Origin: Daphnia carinata
Taxonomy: Eukaryota
NCBI RefSeq assembly: GCF_022539665.2
Contig: NC_081333.1
Span: 9,920,001 to 9,984,000 of the forward strand
Length of the DNA stretch: 64,000 nucleotides
Reading direction: 5' to 3'
Shown: in pieces, positions 23,739 to 37,900 of the stretch
How the letters are laid out: each line of letters starts with the position of its first letter
Position numbering within the stretch: position 1 is the stretch's first letter
The notes under the pieces: model-generated
Told to the model about the DNA's origin: nothing
What the model saw: the letters and a program-made list of their open reading frames with translations, nothing else
Database searches by the model: none
Position numbers and translations under genes: made by a program

Positions 23739-25907
23739 GCTGTCTATTTTTCTTGCTGTTGATGGCTCTGCCGCTTAATCGTCGTCATCGTGGTAGCAAG
23801 TATCCTAGATCGTACTCTATGTAACTCATGTCCAGAATGATTTTTTACAGAGTAGCTCGTTTGAGATAATCTCACCTTCTTAATCTAAATAGCGTTCATG
23901 ACTTTCTGAAAGTTCTCGTTTCATTGGACCAACGAGGCCCTTACGTGTTTCTAATTGTGCGATCTCATTTCTATTTTACCGCCAGATGGTCAACAGGTAA
24001 TACCTACTTTGAACCATTCTGTTAAGATGCCGCTCTGAACAGTCTCGTGTACCACCTCAAGCGGAGCAGACAGCTGTTTTGTTTTTGAATGTTGTTCATC
24101 GTTTTGTGTTCAAGAACTTCGAGTGTTTTCTCTAAACCAACTTAAAATGTCAACCATTCGTCTATATTCAAACATTATGCTGAATTATTTCCTTTCCCGT
24201 CAATAACGCAGCTTGGTAGGTCGTGAACGACGTGTGATCTCCACATTCCCATTATTCCTTTGTCTGTTTTTTTTTTCTTAAATCAAGATTCAAGTTTTGA
24301 AAGTGTGGTGGACTGCCCCCAGCATTCCCTATTACGATATTAAGGGCTAGCATATGTATTTATTCAATGCGAAAAATGATTTCATTTTCTGTTGTTCTTT
24401 GAAATCGTACTTATACCCTTTCCTTCTTAGATTCAGCATATCACATCATCTGTAATAACTTATGATATTGACATTTGTGTTTATTTCCTTGTACGTCGTG
24501 CGTGACATCCAGTTCTTGGAGCAAAATCGGATTGCTGGCTCGCTGACATAATCCAGTAGAATCAAGGGTCAGTAATATTTGTGTGTGCGTTGTGTTCCAT
24601 TTTATCGACCGTAAAGGACGACTATACAGCTATCAGCCAAAGACAAGTGTAATTCCAATGGTTTTTTTCATGAGCAACTTACATTTTTTTTCATCCAAAT
24701 CCTTCTTTCATTTTTTTACATTTTTAAAAAACACTTTACAGAGCAAAATATAAATATGAGAGAATACTTGCCGTAAAGCTTGCCGTTATGGTGAGCTTGA
24801 GGGACCCCGTGCGCTAGTGCCATCTTTGACCTAATTTCATAATGTTTTAAGTGTTTGTACCTCTGTAACCTGTCAATAATTCAAAAGCGGTAACGCAATG
24901 CGTTCTTCGCGTTATTAATGTATAAATTATTCTGTGCATGTACTTTAAATGCTTCTCGGATCTCCAGTTATGACAGTTTACCATATAACTTAGTAAATAA
25001 GTTGTGCCAGGCTTGTCCTTCTGTGTATCTTATTGTTCCCGTTTTGTGTCAGAACAAAATGGGTGATTTGAAAAGAGAAGGGCAATCCCTTGGGCTGGGT
25101 GAGTGCAATCTAGTCATGGACTCACTCTTGCTGAGTCATTCAATAAATGTATTTTCATGTTGCTTACAAGACGTATTATCTCAACGGGATAAAACGATGC
25201 TTGAACTGTGGTTATCATTATGCTTAATTCAATGGCAAAAAGCGCACTCGTTATTAGAAAAGATTCAAACCGTACCAACTAAATTTTCATGTGACTGCTG
25301 TTTAGTAATGATGTTTCTGGTCTGTATCTTATTTTGGATGCATTGACGGTTCTACGTTTGGCGGATGTTTTACTCGTCTGGAAAAATTTCTCCCCCTTTT
25401 TCCTTCATGAATCTATTTATACTATAAAACCTTATCCTCCCTCTCCCCCATAACCTTATAACTGTATGTGAAACTACTACCCTCTATGACTAGATCGCGA
25501 TCTGATTGTACATGCTTCCGCAGTTCAATATGGCTTTGGAATTTTTTTTCGTTATAGCAGCACGTGTGTAAAAACAAAAAAAAAACAAAAAAGTCTGTTT
25601 TCAAATAAAGGAAAGGGATCGAAAATAAATGCTCGTATTTTATTTATACACACACTTTCACGCTGATTTCATAGAAGTTACTAGTTTTCTCGGAAAAGTA
25701 GTTGATTTTTTAAATATTTATAATATTGGGATGTGGAATCATTGCGCTGTATCGTACTAGCGCGCCAGCATTTCCTACCGTTTTTCCGTTTAACTCAGAA
25801 ATTTACGGTATCATGCAAAATACAAAGTCAGCTTTCAAGATTTTTCTTTTATTTCCAATCTAAGAATCTGTTTATTGCGAAAATATTCTAAAAAGAGAAA
25901 ATTAGTG

Positions 25908-28900
25908 AAGTCGGGCTTATTTTGTCGGGCTTAAAATTTCTATTTATTTTCCTGTTTAAAAAAATAATATCATTAGATAGCTATATATTATCATAGATAA
26001 CTATATATGACTAAGATTCAAAATTTAACCAGGAACACGAAAATGAACTTTGTTTTTACGTAAATTTTCCAAAATTTATTTTTATTTTGAGAACGGCTGG
26101 TTTAAGGAGAAAAACGCTTACGTAATCGAACTCAGCGTTCAATTTTAGCTATCCCATGTGATTTTTACCGAATTCCAAGAGATGTCGTTTTTTGCCGATT
26201 TTGACAAAAATAAGAAGGCTATAGCCTTCTCACTTTTTCATTTTTGGCCAAATTTCAAATTTCGCTTTTAATATACGATTCCGATGTAAAATTGAACGCT
26301 AATTATGAAAATGAAGTTTATTTTTCAATTGGCCTTATAGTTTTTGAATTAAACTTAAAAAACAAAAAATTTGGCTTATTTTTCTCGGGCTTTTTTAAGC
26401 CCGAAAGCCTTTGTCGGGCTTAAAAATTCTTTACTATACAAAATAATATCATTAGAATCTTAAAAACTATACATGACAAAAATTCAAAATTCAACAAGGG
26501 ACACTAAAATGAGCTTTGTTTTTACGTAGAGATTATGGTTTGGTAAAGAACTTTGATATACGCTAGCCCTGTAGCGTACTGGCGCGCTATAAGTCTACGA
26601 TGTATTGTATTGCAACATGCCAAAACAGTACATTTTTTTAGTTTATTTTGAAAGCGGCTGGTTTAAGGAGAAAAACCCTTACATAATCGTACTCAGCATT
26701 CAATTTTGGCTATCCCATGTGATTTTTACCGAATTCCAAGAGATGTCGTTTTTTGCCGATTTTGACAAAAGTGAGAAGGGTATAGCCTTCTCACTTTTTC
26801 ATTTTTGGCCAAATTTCAAATTTCGCTTTTAATATACGATTTCGATGTAAAATTGAATGCTAATTATGAAAATGAAGTTTATTTTTCAATTGGCCTTATA
26901 GTTTTTGAATTAAACTTAAAAAACAAAAAATTTGGCTTATTTTTCTCGGGCTGTCGGGCTTAAAAATTCTTTACTATACAAAATAATATCATTAGAATCT
27001 TAAAAACTATACATGACAAAAATTCAAAATTCAACAAGGAACCCTAAAATGATCTTTGTTTTTACGTAGAGAGTATGGTTTGGTAAAGAACTTTGATATA
27101 CGCTAGCCCTGTTGCGTACTGGCGCGCTATAAGTCTACGATGTATTGTATTGCAACATGCCAAAACAGTACATTTTTTTAGTTTATTTTGAAAGCGGCTG
27201 GTTTAAGGAGAAAAACACTTACATAGTCGTACTCAGCATTCAATTTTGGCTACCCCATGTGATTTTTACCGAATTCCAAGAGAGGTCGTTTTTTGCCGAT
27301 TTTGACAAAAGTGAGAAGGGTATAGCCTTCTCACTTTTTCATTTTTGGCCAAATTTCAAATTTCGCTTTTAATATACGATTTCGATGTAAAATTGAATGC
27401 TAATTATGAAAATGAAGTTTATTTTTCAATTGGCCTTATAGTTTTTGAATTAAACTTAAAAAACAAAAAATTTGGCTTATTTTTCTCGGGCTGTCGGGCT
27501 TAAAAATTCTTTACTATACAAAATAATATCATTAGAATCTTAATAACTATACATGACAAAAATTCAAAATTCAACGAGGAACACTAGAATGAGCTTTGTT
27601 TTTACGTAGAGATTATGGTTTGGTAAAGAACTTTGATATACGCTAGCGCTGTAGCGTACTGGCGCGCTATAAGTCTACGATGTATTGTATTGCAACATGC
27701 CAAAACAGTACATTTTTTTAGTTTATTTTGAAAGCGGCTGGTTTAAGGAGAAAAACACTTACATAATCGTACTCAGCATTCAATTTTGGCTATCCCATGT
27801 GATTTTTACCGAATTCCAAGAGATGTCGTTTTTTGCCGATTTTGACAAAAGTGAGAAGGGTATAGCCTTCTCACTTTTTCATTTTTGGCCAAATTTCAAA
27901 TTTCGCTTTTAATATACGATTTCGATGTAAAATTGAATGCTAATTATGAAAATGAAGGTAATTTTTCAATTGGCTTTATAATTTTTGAATTAAACTTAAA
28001 AAACAAAAAAGTCGGGCTTATTTTTCTCGAGCTGTCGGGCTTAAAAATTCTTTCCTATAAAAAATAATAGCATTATATCTTAATAACTATACGTGACTAA
28101 AATTCAAAATTTAACAAGGAACACTAAAATGAGCTCTGTTTTTACGTAGAGATTATGGTTTGGTAAAGAACTTTGATATACGCTAGCGCTGTAGCGTACT
28201 GGCGCGCTATAAGTCTTCGATTCAGTGTATTGCAACATGCCAAAACAGTACATTTTTTCAGTTTATTTTGAAAACGGCTGGTTTAAGGAGAAAAACGCTT
28301 ACATAATTGAACTCAGCGTTCAATTTTGGCTATCCCATGTGATTTTTATCGAATTCCAAGAGATGTCGTTTTTTGCCGATTTTGACAAAAATGAGAAGGC
28401 TATAGCCTTCTCACTTTTTCATTTTTGGCCAAATTTCAAATTTCGCTTTTAATATACGATTTCGATGTCAAATTGAATGCTAATTATGAAAATGAAGTTA
28501 ATTTTTCAATTGGTTTTACAGTTTTTGAATTAAACTTAAAAAACAAAAAAGTCGGGCTTGTTTTTCTCGGGCTTAAAAATTTTTTGCTATAAGAAATAAT
28601 ATCATTTAATCTTAATAACTATATATGAATAAAATTCAAAATTTGTCAAGGAACACGATTATGAACTTTATTTTTGCGTAGAGTTTATGGTTTTTGAGTA
28701 ATGTAAAATATAAAAGTAGGTGGAATAGAAATATTAAGCCCGACAAAATAAGCCCGACTTTCCCTAGTTAAATATTATATCACTAAAACTAGATAACTAT
28801 ATATGATTATATGTAAAATTTAACAAGGAACACGAAAATGAACTTTGCTTTCACGTAGAGCTTATGGTTTCGTATGTGTCACGTTAGCGCTGTAGCGTAC

Positions 28901-28910
28901 TGGCGCAAAA
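25908..28910. repeat. Tandem array of ~540-bp AT-rich units (~5 copies plus degenerate flanks), probably transposon-derived
   Basis: Near-identical blocks recur at exactly 540-nt spacing (e.g. 26605/27145/27685/28225). The first unit is 561 nt because of a 21-nt insert at 26392-26412. 37-bp inverted repeat at 25908-25944 / 28724-28760. Confidence 0.95.
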
Positions 28911-29304
28911 TTCCCACGGTAATTCTCTTCGTTATTTCAAATATATTTTCCTATTACCGCTAGCGCTATTTTTTTGGATAAATATCTTTAAAACCGGGGG
29001 TCGAGGGTGTACTGCAATAGTCTTCTAGACAAAATCCCTGTCGGGAAATTCAGTTTGATATCCGCAATGGACACCCCTAATATGTTTCATTCTTATATTA
29101 GATTGAACATGTACACTTGGGAAGCCTTCCAGTACAGCCATTGCCTATCTGGACATGGCATAACATTAAAGTGGATAGTGACTGGTATAGGATTTGTATT
29201 CATTCCAACGTATTTTTCCTGGAATGTCCCTTCTTAAAAAACGTTTGCGGACGACAATACAAGGGTAGTAGGCAGGATTGAAAAAGAAAAGGCACCGCAT
29301 CTGA

Positions 29305-32300
29305 CTAGGTTAATTTTGAATAGCTGGGCGGCGAGAACTTCTTATGTAGACACTTCAAGATATATAGTGGCAAGCAGGATATCACGGTAATAACACAAAC
29401 TTTCCACACAAAATCGGCTGTTTGGATAAACTGCGAATCTATGTAGAGTTTTATGAATTTTCATTAGTAATCTAAAAACTGAGTTTTATTGATTAAACTT
29501 ACCGAAGAATTCGTGGAACAACGCAAGTGAAGCTACGTAGAGAGCAAGTGACACAAGTTCGCCAAGGATCATGATTACATGCCATTTCCTTGCTGTTAGG
29601 GTAACCATAAGGAGCTCAGTGAGAATCAACGCTGAAAAGCTGATGGCAACAATATGAATGAACTCATCGTCGAACAATAACAGAGCTCCATACATGATGA
29701 CACCGCCTATGATTTGGGTTGGTAAGATTTACCTTTCGATTTGTAAATGGTACAAAGCTGTGATTATGTCATTACCTTGATAGATAGATATCAGAACCCA
29801 AAGAAAGAAAGTCTTGTAGGTTAAAGATCTTCCTTTCGCGAGTTCTTTGTATAATTCTGGGTATGTCATGGCAATTTTAGAGGAGACGTCTTTATCCAAA
29901 ACTAGGGAGAACACGGGCAGCATGGTATAAACCGTAGCATAACCGACCATCAAGAAGCCTTGGTAGAGGGAGACGGATGCAAAATAAAACACGGAAGAAA
30001 AGACAGCCTGCATCGTTGAGATGATTAATCCTCTATGGATAACAAATTGAGCCAGAGCGGCCGATCGCTTGTAGGACCTTCTACCATGAACCAACAATAG
30101 GCGAACTATATGGCTGAATTGTGGAATGGAGAAATCCGCAGCCAGAGATGCCTATATCAATCGCATTAGGAAATTATTAAACATGTATTGGTTGTGCCGA
30201 TATGTGCGTACCTGTTTGCCCTCTTTCCCAACAATTCCAATGCCGGTGTCAGCCGCTTGAATCATGGAGACATCATTGCCACCATCACCTACAGCAGCCG
30301 TACGTTTCCCTGTATGTTCCTGAATTAAACGCACAACTGAGGCCTTTTGAGTCGGAGTACAACGACAACACACAACGGCTGGGGCAGCACAAGCCAGTTC
30401 CATGAATTCGTGCTCGTAAAACTTTGTCAAAAACCATTATTTGGAGAGTGCACACTTGTGGGAGCTTAACTGAAGGAACTTACTTGTAAACATAGCTCTA
30501 GCGATTCTCCTCGAATAATGAGAGCGGAATCGGTTTTACGACGGTAGGCATTCAATTCTTGATGAGTGTCTGTACGCGACGTTACGTTACCAAAGACATG
30601 AATACTTTGGGAACGAGGGACAAGGCGCGAACTCTGTGCAATGCAAATGGCAGTCTCCAGTTTGTCCCCAGTCAGCATCCATATTCGAATTCCTGCATTT
30701 CGCAAAAGCTCAAGCGATGGCTTCACATTTTGCTAGAAAAAATGTGTAAGTTACTGTTATACTTTTACTGGAAGCGATAAAAATATTACTTGTAAACGAT
30801 CTTCGACCCCAGTTACGGCTAACAACTCCATATCACGTTCTAAACTTTCGACCACAGCTGCAACGCGAGCAGCACGATCTGTTAATGCTAATTTAGCTGC
30901 CTGATACCGAGAATCGAATTCAGAATACTGCTCATCCGTCAGCGGACGTTTGGCGACCACCAACGTCCTCAATCCTTCTCTGGCCATGTTCCCACATTCC
31001 TCTTCGAGCCAGTCATTATACAGCACAATCCGATTCATCACCGTGTCGGCTCCTTTCATGTAAAATACTATTTCGCCTGTCTGGTCGTCTCTGATTATGA
31101 TTCCCATGCGCTTCGTCTCAGACGTGAAAGGAAATATCTTAGCAAACAGTGAAAAGTAAGACAAAGAATTCATAAATAATCACTTAGCTTACCTGCAATA
31201 CAGTAAAGTTCATTAGTGTACCATGTGGGTTTCTCAGTGTCATGGTCGTCGTGTTGCGTTCCATTAGCGTAAGGCCCACACTTTCTGTCCACGATACGAG
31301 TGCTATTTCGTCCGGGCTAGAGGCTTGATAGTTAATTTTGCTGTCAATCTGCAGTGTAAATGAATATGAGAAGAGGGAAACATGATCAAAACTAAATCTA
31401 AAAACCCATACCAATTGATTTCCGTCGACAATAGGTGTAACATTATGACAGAGCCCGATAGCTTTTGCCGCTTCGACGATTCGCGTTATCGCTGTCCTGC
31501 GCATCTTCCCACTGCTTGGTTGCCCAGGTGTTATACTCGTAGAACTATTGGTATGGCTAAATGCCTGACGAATAAAGTTGCACTGAATTGGCTTCAGAAA
31601 AAATATTGCTTATTTTTCGATTTTACTTGGCCTAGAAGAGTGCGAATTTCGTCAAACGTTTCGGTGCCATACGCGGTCGTCCCCAAATGTAATTTCCTAA
31701 ATACCATCTCATTTTCTGTTAAAGTTCCAGTTTTGTCTGAAAGAAGATACGAAATTCGTCCCAATTCCTCCGGTATGGTCGTTGAGCGTACCACGGTTCC
31801 AGGAATTTCTTTGTCCTTCATGATTGACCATGAATAGAACGCCTTACCCATATCTAAATTTACGCGTAAGCTAAGAACACTAAAAGGTTAGAATTACAAT
31901 ATCGGAGATAAAACAGTTCAATTACCTAATTGGAATAATGTAGGAAAAAAGTAAAACGAAACGGAAGAGGTATCGATACCAGGGGCCTTGGAAACCTTTC
32001 AAGCACATCATGAGCAAGGCAAGTCCGACAACGGCAAGGAATAAAATCTTAAAGAACAAAAAATGTAAGTCTTTGATTGTACTTTAGCTGTTAATATTAA
32101 TAACGATAGTAACTAGATACAGCATACCTTAGTTAATTGGTTTACTTCAAGATCTAACAGTCCAACCTTACTCCTGGGCTGTGAATTGTTCATGGAACTT
32201 CTTGTTTCCTTTCCGGTATATACAACAAGTCCTAGAGCTGTTCCTGACGCCACAACAGTGTTGGCCCATAACGTGTTCTCAATGTTCAAAGAGTCTTCTA

Positions 32301-33654
32301 CGGGTGGGTCATCATTCTGATTACATTTCAAATGAAACATCCCCCGAAAGCAACAAGAAACATCAAGCACATTAAATACAGTCATTATACTCTGAACGTT
32401 CAAACATACCCTTTTGAAAGTTCCAATAAAAGTGTGAATATCTCTTTGAGGCTTTTCAGCAAAAACGGACGCGTTTAACTGGAACAAATCAGTATCAAAC
32501 GCCAACTTTTGGGTGTCTGCCACGGCCAATCGCAACTTCCAATCTGTTTCGCCATCCAATTGATCCGTTCGAATGAAACATGATCCAGATTTTTCCGTAG
32601 TTCTTAAGAGAACCATATCAGCAGGAACTCTTTCATCTAGTCGGTTTGAACCATGTGTGATAGTTAGTTTTGCTGAGATATTTTTGAATAATAGCACAAT
32701 ACATCTAGTGTACAGTTTTACACGTACCTTTATCAACAAAAATAAGATCGCCAACTTTAATTTTCGAACTAGGAATAAGTTCGAAACCTGACGACACTAG
32801 TTTTTTATACAGACGACAGTTGATTTCTTTATCACGTTGAGCTCGGCGAAAATCATCAATGGCTTCTCTGATTGTTGTTACCAACAATACAAAACACTGA
32901 AAAGCAGTAAGGTGATACTTTCATAACATTTCATCAGAAGTAATTGATTTTACTGCTAAGTATGTTTACCAGTGGACCCCAATATGTATATAAATATCCT
33001 ATTCTAATTTCTGGAATAAATTGACTAATAGCCATTATGAGAAAGTAGAGGTTGAGGAAAAATTTAAATTGCTGAAATAAGACCTATAAAGAAATTCATG
33101 ATTAAACTTCTTTGACATAGATCAGTGCTAAAAGCATGTTGAGTAAACAAAGATGGTACCATTGGAAGAAAAGTGAAAAAGTTATATTTTTGGTTACGAA
33201 TTCCATTTGGTGGGTAGTATTCTGCTGTATCCTTAGCCTGCTGCGAATGGTGGCCAATCCATACTGTTCGTGAATTTAGCTCCTTTGCCCTGTGGCAGCA
33301 ACGGTAGAGCTTGTTGAGGTAACTGAAAGTAAACATGGATAAGCATAAGTTATATTGAAGCTCTCTTTTTTGAAGCTAATTTAAAAACTAATTACTCTAG
33401 GCTAATATCCATTTAGTTAGAGATCTACACTCTGGGTATGTTAACCATCATAAACACTGTATCAGGCTACCTTTTTTTAAAAGCGAAATTTTATGGGGTA
33501 ACTATTTTTACCTTTCCATTCCAGTGTTTCTTTTTCGTCTGCGTCCTCTTCGAAATGCTACGTTTGCTTCTTCTGTAGCGCTTAAAAGATAGTCACTCTC
33601 GTCATGATCGAAAGTTCTATCCTCCATGGAGACCCGCAATGGAATATCCTCCAT
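29305..33654 (-). CDS. ATP9B: P4-type ATPase phospholipid flippase class II (ATP9A/ATP9B, Neo1-like), multi-exon
   Basis: [56 protein letters not shown] (phosphorylated Asp); [51 protein letters not shown]-terminus [10 protein letters not shown]. Probable ATG at 33654 (MEDIPLRVS). A versus B paralog assignment is not resolvable by eye. Confidence 0.95.
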
Positions 33655-34233
33655 GCCCTTACAGTTTCCCGACCAATAATCTCCACGTCCAAAGAAATAA
33701 ACCTTGACTACGCTAAATAGATCTGGGGAAATACAAAGTTACTATTTTAGCCAATATAGAACAGAGTTATATTTGTTGACATTTGACATTTGGTCGATGA
33801 CCAATAGTTGGCAGAGCTCTGCTACATCTACATGGCCCACACCGGAAATCCTATGTATTCTGCTTTTATTCTCTTAGGAAAACAAAGCACGACATCTACC
33901 GTTCACTATTACAACTAACACTAGCCTGCCTACCTACTAACCGCGTACAGTAAGTTAACAAAAACGTGCGGGAAGAGGGTCACATAGCTCTATGATTAGC
34001 TGCCTGCATCCATGAAGCCTAGTGGCCATGGGGAGACTTACCAACAACCTACAAGCTACGATTACCTCTTCTCTACTTTCAGTTTGTGGGTCGATCTTCA
34101 ACATGTAGTGAACGGTACTACAGATCGATATGAAACGTCTGTATAGTGTCGTGTTTTTGTACGTGTATGTGTGTTTTTTTTAGTGTGCCATTTTTAGCCC
34201 CTATATAGTAGGCTCTTCTTTCTTCAAGGGCTC

Positions 34234-34480
34234 TTTTTTTTTTTTTTTCTTGAAGGTATTGATGATGTCCGAATCCGAGGATGTAGAAGAATCTTGCGGA
34301 ATCCGATGAGACGAAGAATCTTGCGAATCTTCAACGATGATATGGAGGGGTGGGAGGGAGGAGAGGGTGGTCGGAGGAGAACATGGAGGGAAGGGAGGGC
34401 TTGGAAATTGGAGGTGGCGGGATTTGAACCCGGGACCGACAGAATACAAAGATAACCACGGTGCCAGGACCGCACATCCC
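34234..34480 (-). mobile_element. tRNA-derived SINE-like element or degenerate tRNA pseudogene
   Basis: Minus strand: ~71-nt head GGATGTG...TGGCACCGTGG (A-box-like)...CCGGGTTCAAATCCCG (B box/T-arm)...CACCTCCA with a 6/7 acceptor stem. Followed by a pyrimidine-rich body, a duplicated GCAAGATTCTTC, and an A-tract (T-run at ~34235-34248 on plus). No clean anticodon arm. Confidence 0.55.
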
Positions 34481-34969
34481 AACCAAATTTTGCTTTGGGT
34501 GTCCCTCCTCTCAGGTAGACAGTTCATGTAGAATATTAATTTAAGTTAACTATGGCGTTGCGGAATAGTCCGCGGCTGCCATGCTGATTTTCCGGTTTCG
34601 AATCGTTATTGTTATATTATTTAAATATTTTTTATGCGTTTAACAACCCACACGCTTTATTTTTCAAGTATATTTGATAATATTGTATAAGATTGGATAA
34701 TGATAAGGTTTAAGAAGTTTCACAAAAGCAGTACATGCGGCATTCTAAAACTTCTAATGTACAGAAACATAAATAATACCAAAATATGGCAAACTAAAAC
34801 TTTTTATAAACACCGTCAATGCCGACTCACGCGGCATGCAGCCGTCAGTTGAATATCCTTCTAAAGTAATTTTACGGGAAAATTTCGTATAGTGTTATCA
34901 TTTCAGTTTTAAAACGTCCCTTTTGAATTGCTCTACACAACGTTTGCTGGGCAAATAATTTATAAAATA

Positions 34970-37900
34970 TTACACTTCGGTGTCTCCCTTGGCAGCAGCT
35001 TTAGCCATGATTAGTGGAGCCCCTTGTTCTTCGTCATTTTCTGAATCTTGCGTATGAGTACTGGACCTACTGCGCTCTTTATCACGCTCAATGATAACTT
35101 CCAGCGGAGCTGTAAGGCCCGTGGTATTCCCTAATCCAGATTGTTTATTTGACTCCAATGTGGATGAACATTCATTTTCAGTAAAGCATGTGTCCAGTTG
35201 CTGTTGACCATTGGTTCCATTATCGAAATTCGACGATGATACATTAAAGGTAGCTAATGGCGAAATTGATGTTCCGGGTTTGAACCGTTGTGTGTTCATT
35301 ACAGTGCCAACAGTTTGGGCAAAACGTCCTTTTGGTTTGGGCAACTCAGAATTCATGACAGATAAAACAGTCTGTGCGAAACGATCACCAGGCTGCAGGG
35401 TGTCGGAAGTTTTCGATACCCTTCGCCGAATAGACATCCATTTGGATGGATCCGGCAAATCATCGTCTTTGATGAGATTTCGCTTCTCAAAAAGCTGAAA
35501 GACGGTACAAAATTATGGGTTGATTTCTCGACAATAATTTTTAAAAAAATTTTCGTACTCGTCGTGATTGATTGCTGCTGTTGGTCCGCAGAGCTTTACG
35601 GAATACATGCGCCGTTACCTCTGGATCCAGGGATACGGAACGCCGTGAGGCGGATTTGGAAACCTGTGGAAGGATCAGGTTCTCAGGCGGGGCACTCTTC
35701 TGACGCAACATACCAACGGCATCGACAAATCTTCTCAAGGATTTTCTCTCTTGCTGTTTCATGTGGCCCAGGTATGTTGATGCTCCTTGAAGTAAGGATG
35801 ACATTCTAACGCTGCCCGCAGAAGATAGAGACGTTGTTGATTCTTTCATAAGTTCAGAAATCATGAGCGATTCGTCTGTTCCGGGCAGTTCAGTGGTGGC
35901 AAAATCACGCGTTTTACCACCTATGTTATACATGTTCGCCTCATGCTCCCTATGAATAAAGCAACACTAGCGCACCAAGTTCAAAGGATTCATAACTTTT
36001 AGCATACGATAGAGTCAGTTTCTCGAACAAAAGTTGCAGAGGATCCTTCTCCGAGCGCCGCGTAAAGATTGGCCTTAAGTACCTCTCGTCAATCTGTTCG
36101 ATTTTCCCCTGTCCCCATCGTTAAAACGAGAATGGTAAATTTCAAAAATTCTACTTCTAATTTTATTTATTTATTTATTTTTTTACCCTGAGGAAGTTAT
36201 TTCCCCGCTGACCGCAGATCCCCTCAAATCCGGCAGACAAGTGATCAAACAACTGTTGAATTAATACAGAATGATTAGACAAAGTAGTTTGAATAGTTCA
36301 ATGCAATTACGAACCGTTTCGTTCATTTCGTTAATAAGATATTTGACGGACTGACTGTCTTTCTTGATGTCTAAGAGGTGGACAAACAGTTTGATGGTCC
36401 CGCCCTAGTTGTACAAAATAGAAGAAGAAAACACGCTTAGTTTTGTGTCTAATGAAATGATTCTATAAATGGTTTATGTTTACCTGTATGAAGACGGTGA
36501 ATAAAACAACAACCAAAGTGGTCGTAACGAACATTTGACGTGGTAGAATTACGCTCGGCAAAAGCATCTCTACTAGTGAAAAACTGACAGCGCCTCGCAA
36601 TCCTCCATAAGCCATTATAAATTGCTCACGCAAGTTGACTGGTTTAAGCCGGAATCGATTGGCAATGGTAGTGAGCATAACAACACCTTACCAAATAAAG
36701 AAAAAAACAAAACAAACGGTTGATAGATGTAGGCCATTCAACGAAGAGCAGGCTCTGTTCCTACCAAGAAACCGGACAACGAGGCACAGCAAAAGGGTCC
36801 AAAGGACGAAACCAGTGTGCCATTCATGGACGTCGTTGACGAGCACCATACCCAAAAACAGGAAAATAATACAGTCACTTGTTGAACTGAGCATTTTGAT
36901 AAAGTATTTCACGGTCGTGTGAGACTTGCGCGAGATGTTGGGAAAGGCATAATGGGCTTGAACAAGGCCACAACCGATACAACTAGACGTGGGTAAATAA
37001 AACAAAATCCAATTCATTTTAGAACGGCAGGCTCTCTGCAATTCTTTATGTTGCCATGCTTTATATACCTTATGATGCCAGAAAAATGAAAAAGCTCTGC
37101 GCCCATGTAAGCGAAATAGGCCATTCCAAATACAACTAGCGGTTCAACAACTATCGAAATTGACAGAAAAGTAATCAAATAAATAACAGATGAGGATGAA
37201 AAGTTTGGATTAGGATGGAAAATTCTTCGCGAATACGACCGACATTCAAAACGTAAGTGTAAATTAGAATACCGCGAACTTCGGACGTGGTGCGAGTGAT
37301 GAGTGCTGTCAGCAATCCGCAGAGGATTCCTATTCCGAAGCCACCCAGGCTTATGGTGAAAAATGAGACGAAACCAAGAACATATTGTTCTCCACCGACA
37401 TTGCCTTCCATTTGAGCGAAGGCCACCATCATCGCATAGAGAACGACGGTCACGGCGTCTGTAATTAACAAGAACAGTCCACGCGTTTGTTAAGGAAATG
37501 ACTCGGATTTAATAAATCATTTCATTAACGCAAAGATGTTTTACTACATGACGTGATACATACGTACATACGTAATATCTTGCGGGTAACGTTCGATGCG
37601 AGGGAACGTTGAGTAGGACGAAAAAGAATTTTCAGACTATTAGTCCTCTTTTTTCTATAGTTTGTAACTAAGGTTTATGCGATGTATGTTGACAACTCAA
37701 AACTGACAATCTATAGTGACATTGCGATGTTTGCAAAATGAAGAAATGTGTACTTACCATTAAGAAGAGACTCTCCGAAGACAAGGAAGTACAGGTCTTT
37801 GTTAATGCCGATTTCTTGAAAAATGGCAAGAACTGCCACAGGATCAACAGCTGAGATGAGCGCAGAAAACACTAAGCAGTCAGTGGGCTTTAACGTATAG

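Noticed and set aside
26605..28452. Four near-identical 75-aa ORFs (MYCNMPKQ...) that could look like a gene cluster or CRISPR-like array
   Set aside because: By-product of the 540-bp tandem unit: non-ATG starts, AT-rich, no unique spacers, eukaryotic context.
33395..33430. Possible poison micro-exon in ATP9 intron 1
   Set aside because: Weak splice signals, and the flanking exons join in phase without it.
34409..34480. Functional tRNA gene, or bacterial tmRNA-like 3' end
   Set aside because: No anticodon arm, mismatched stems and no T-run terminator directly after it; better explained as a SINE head or pseudogene.
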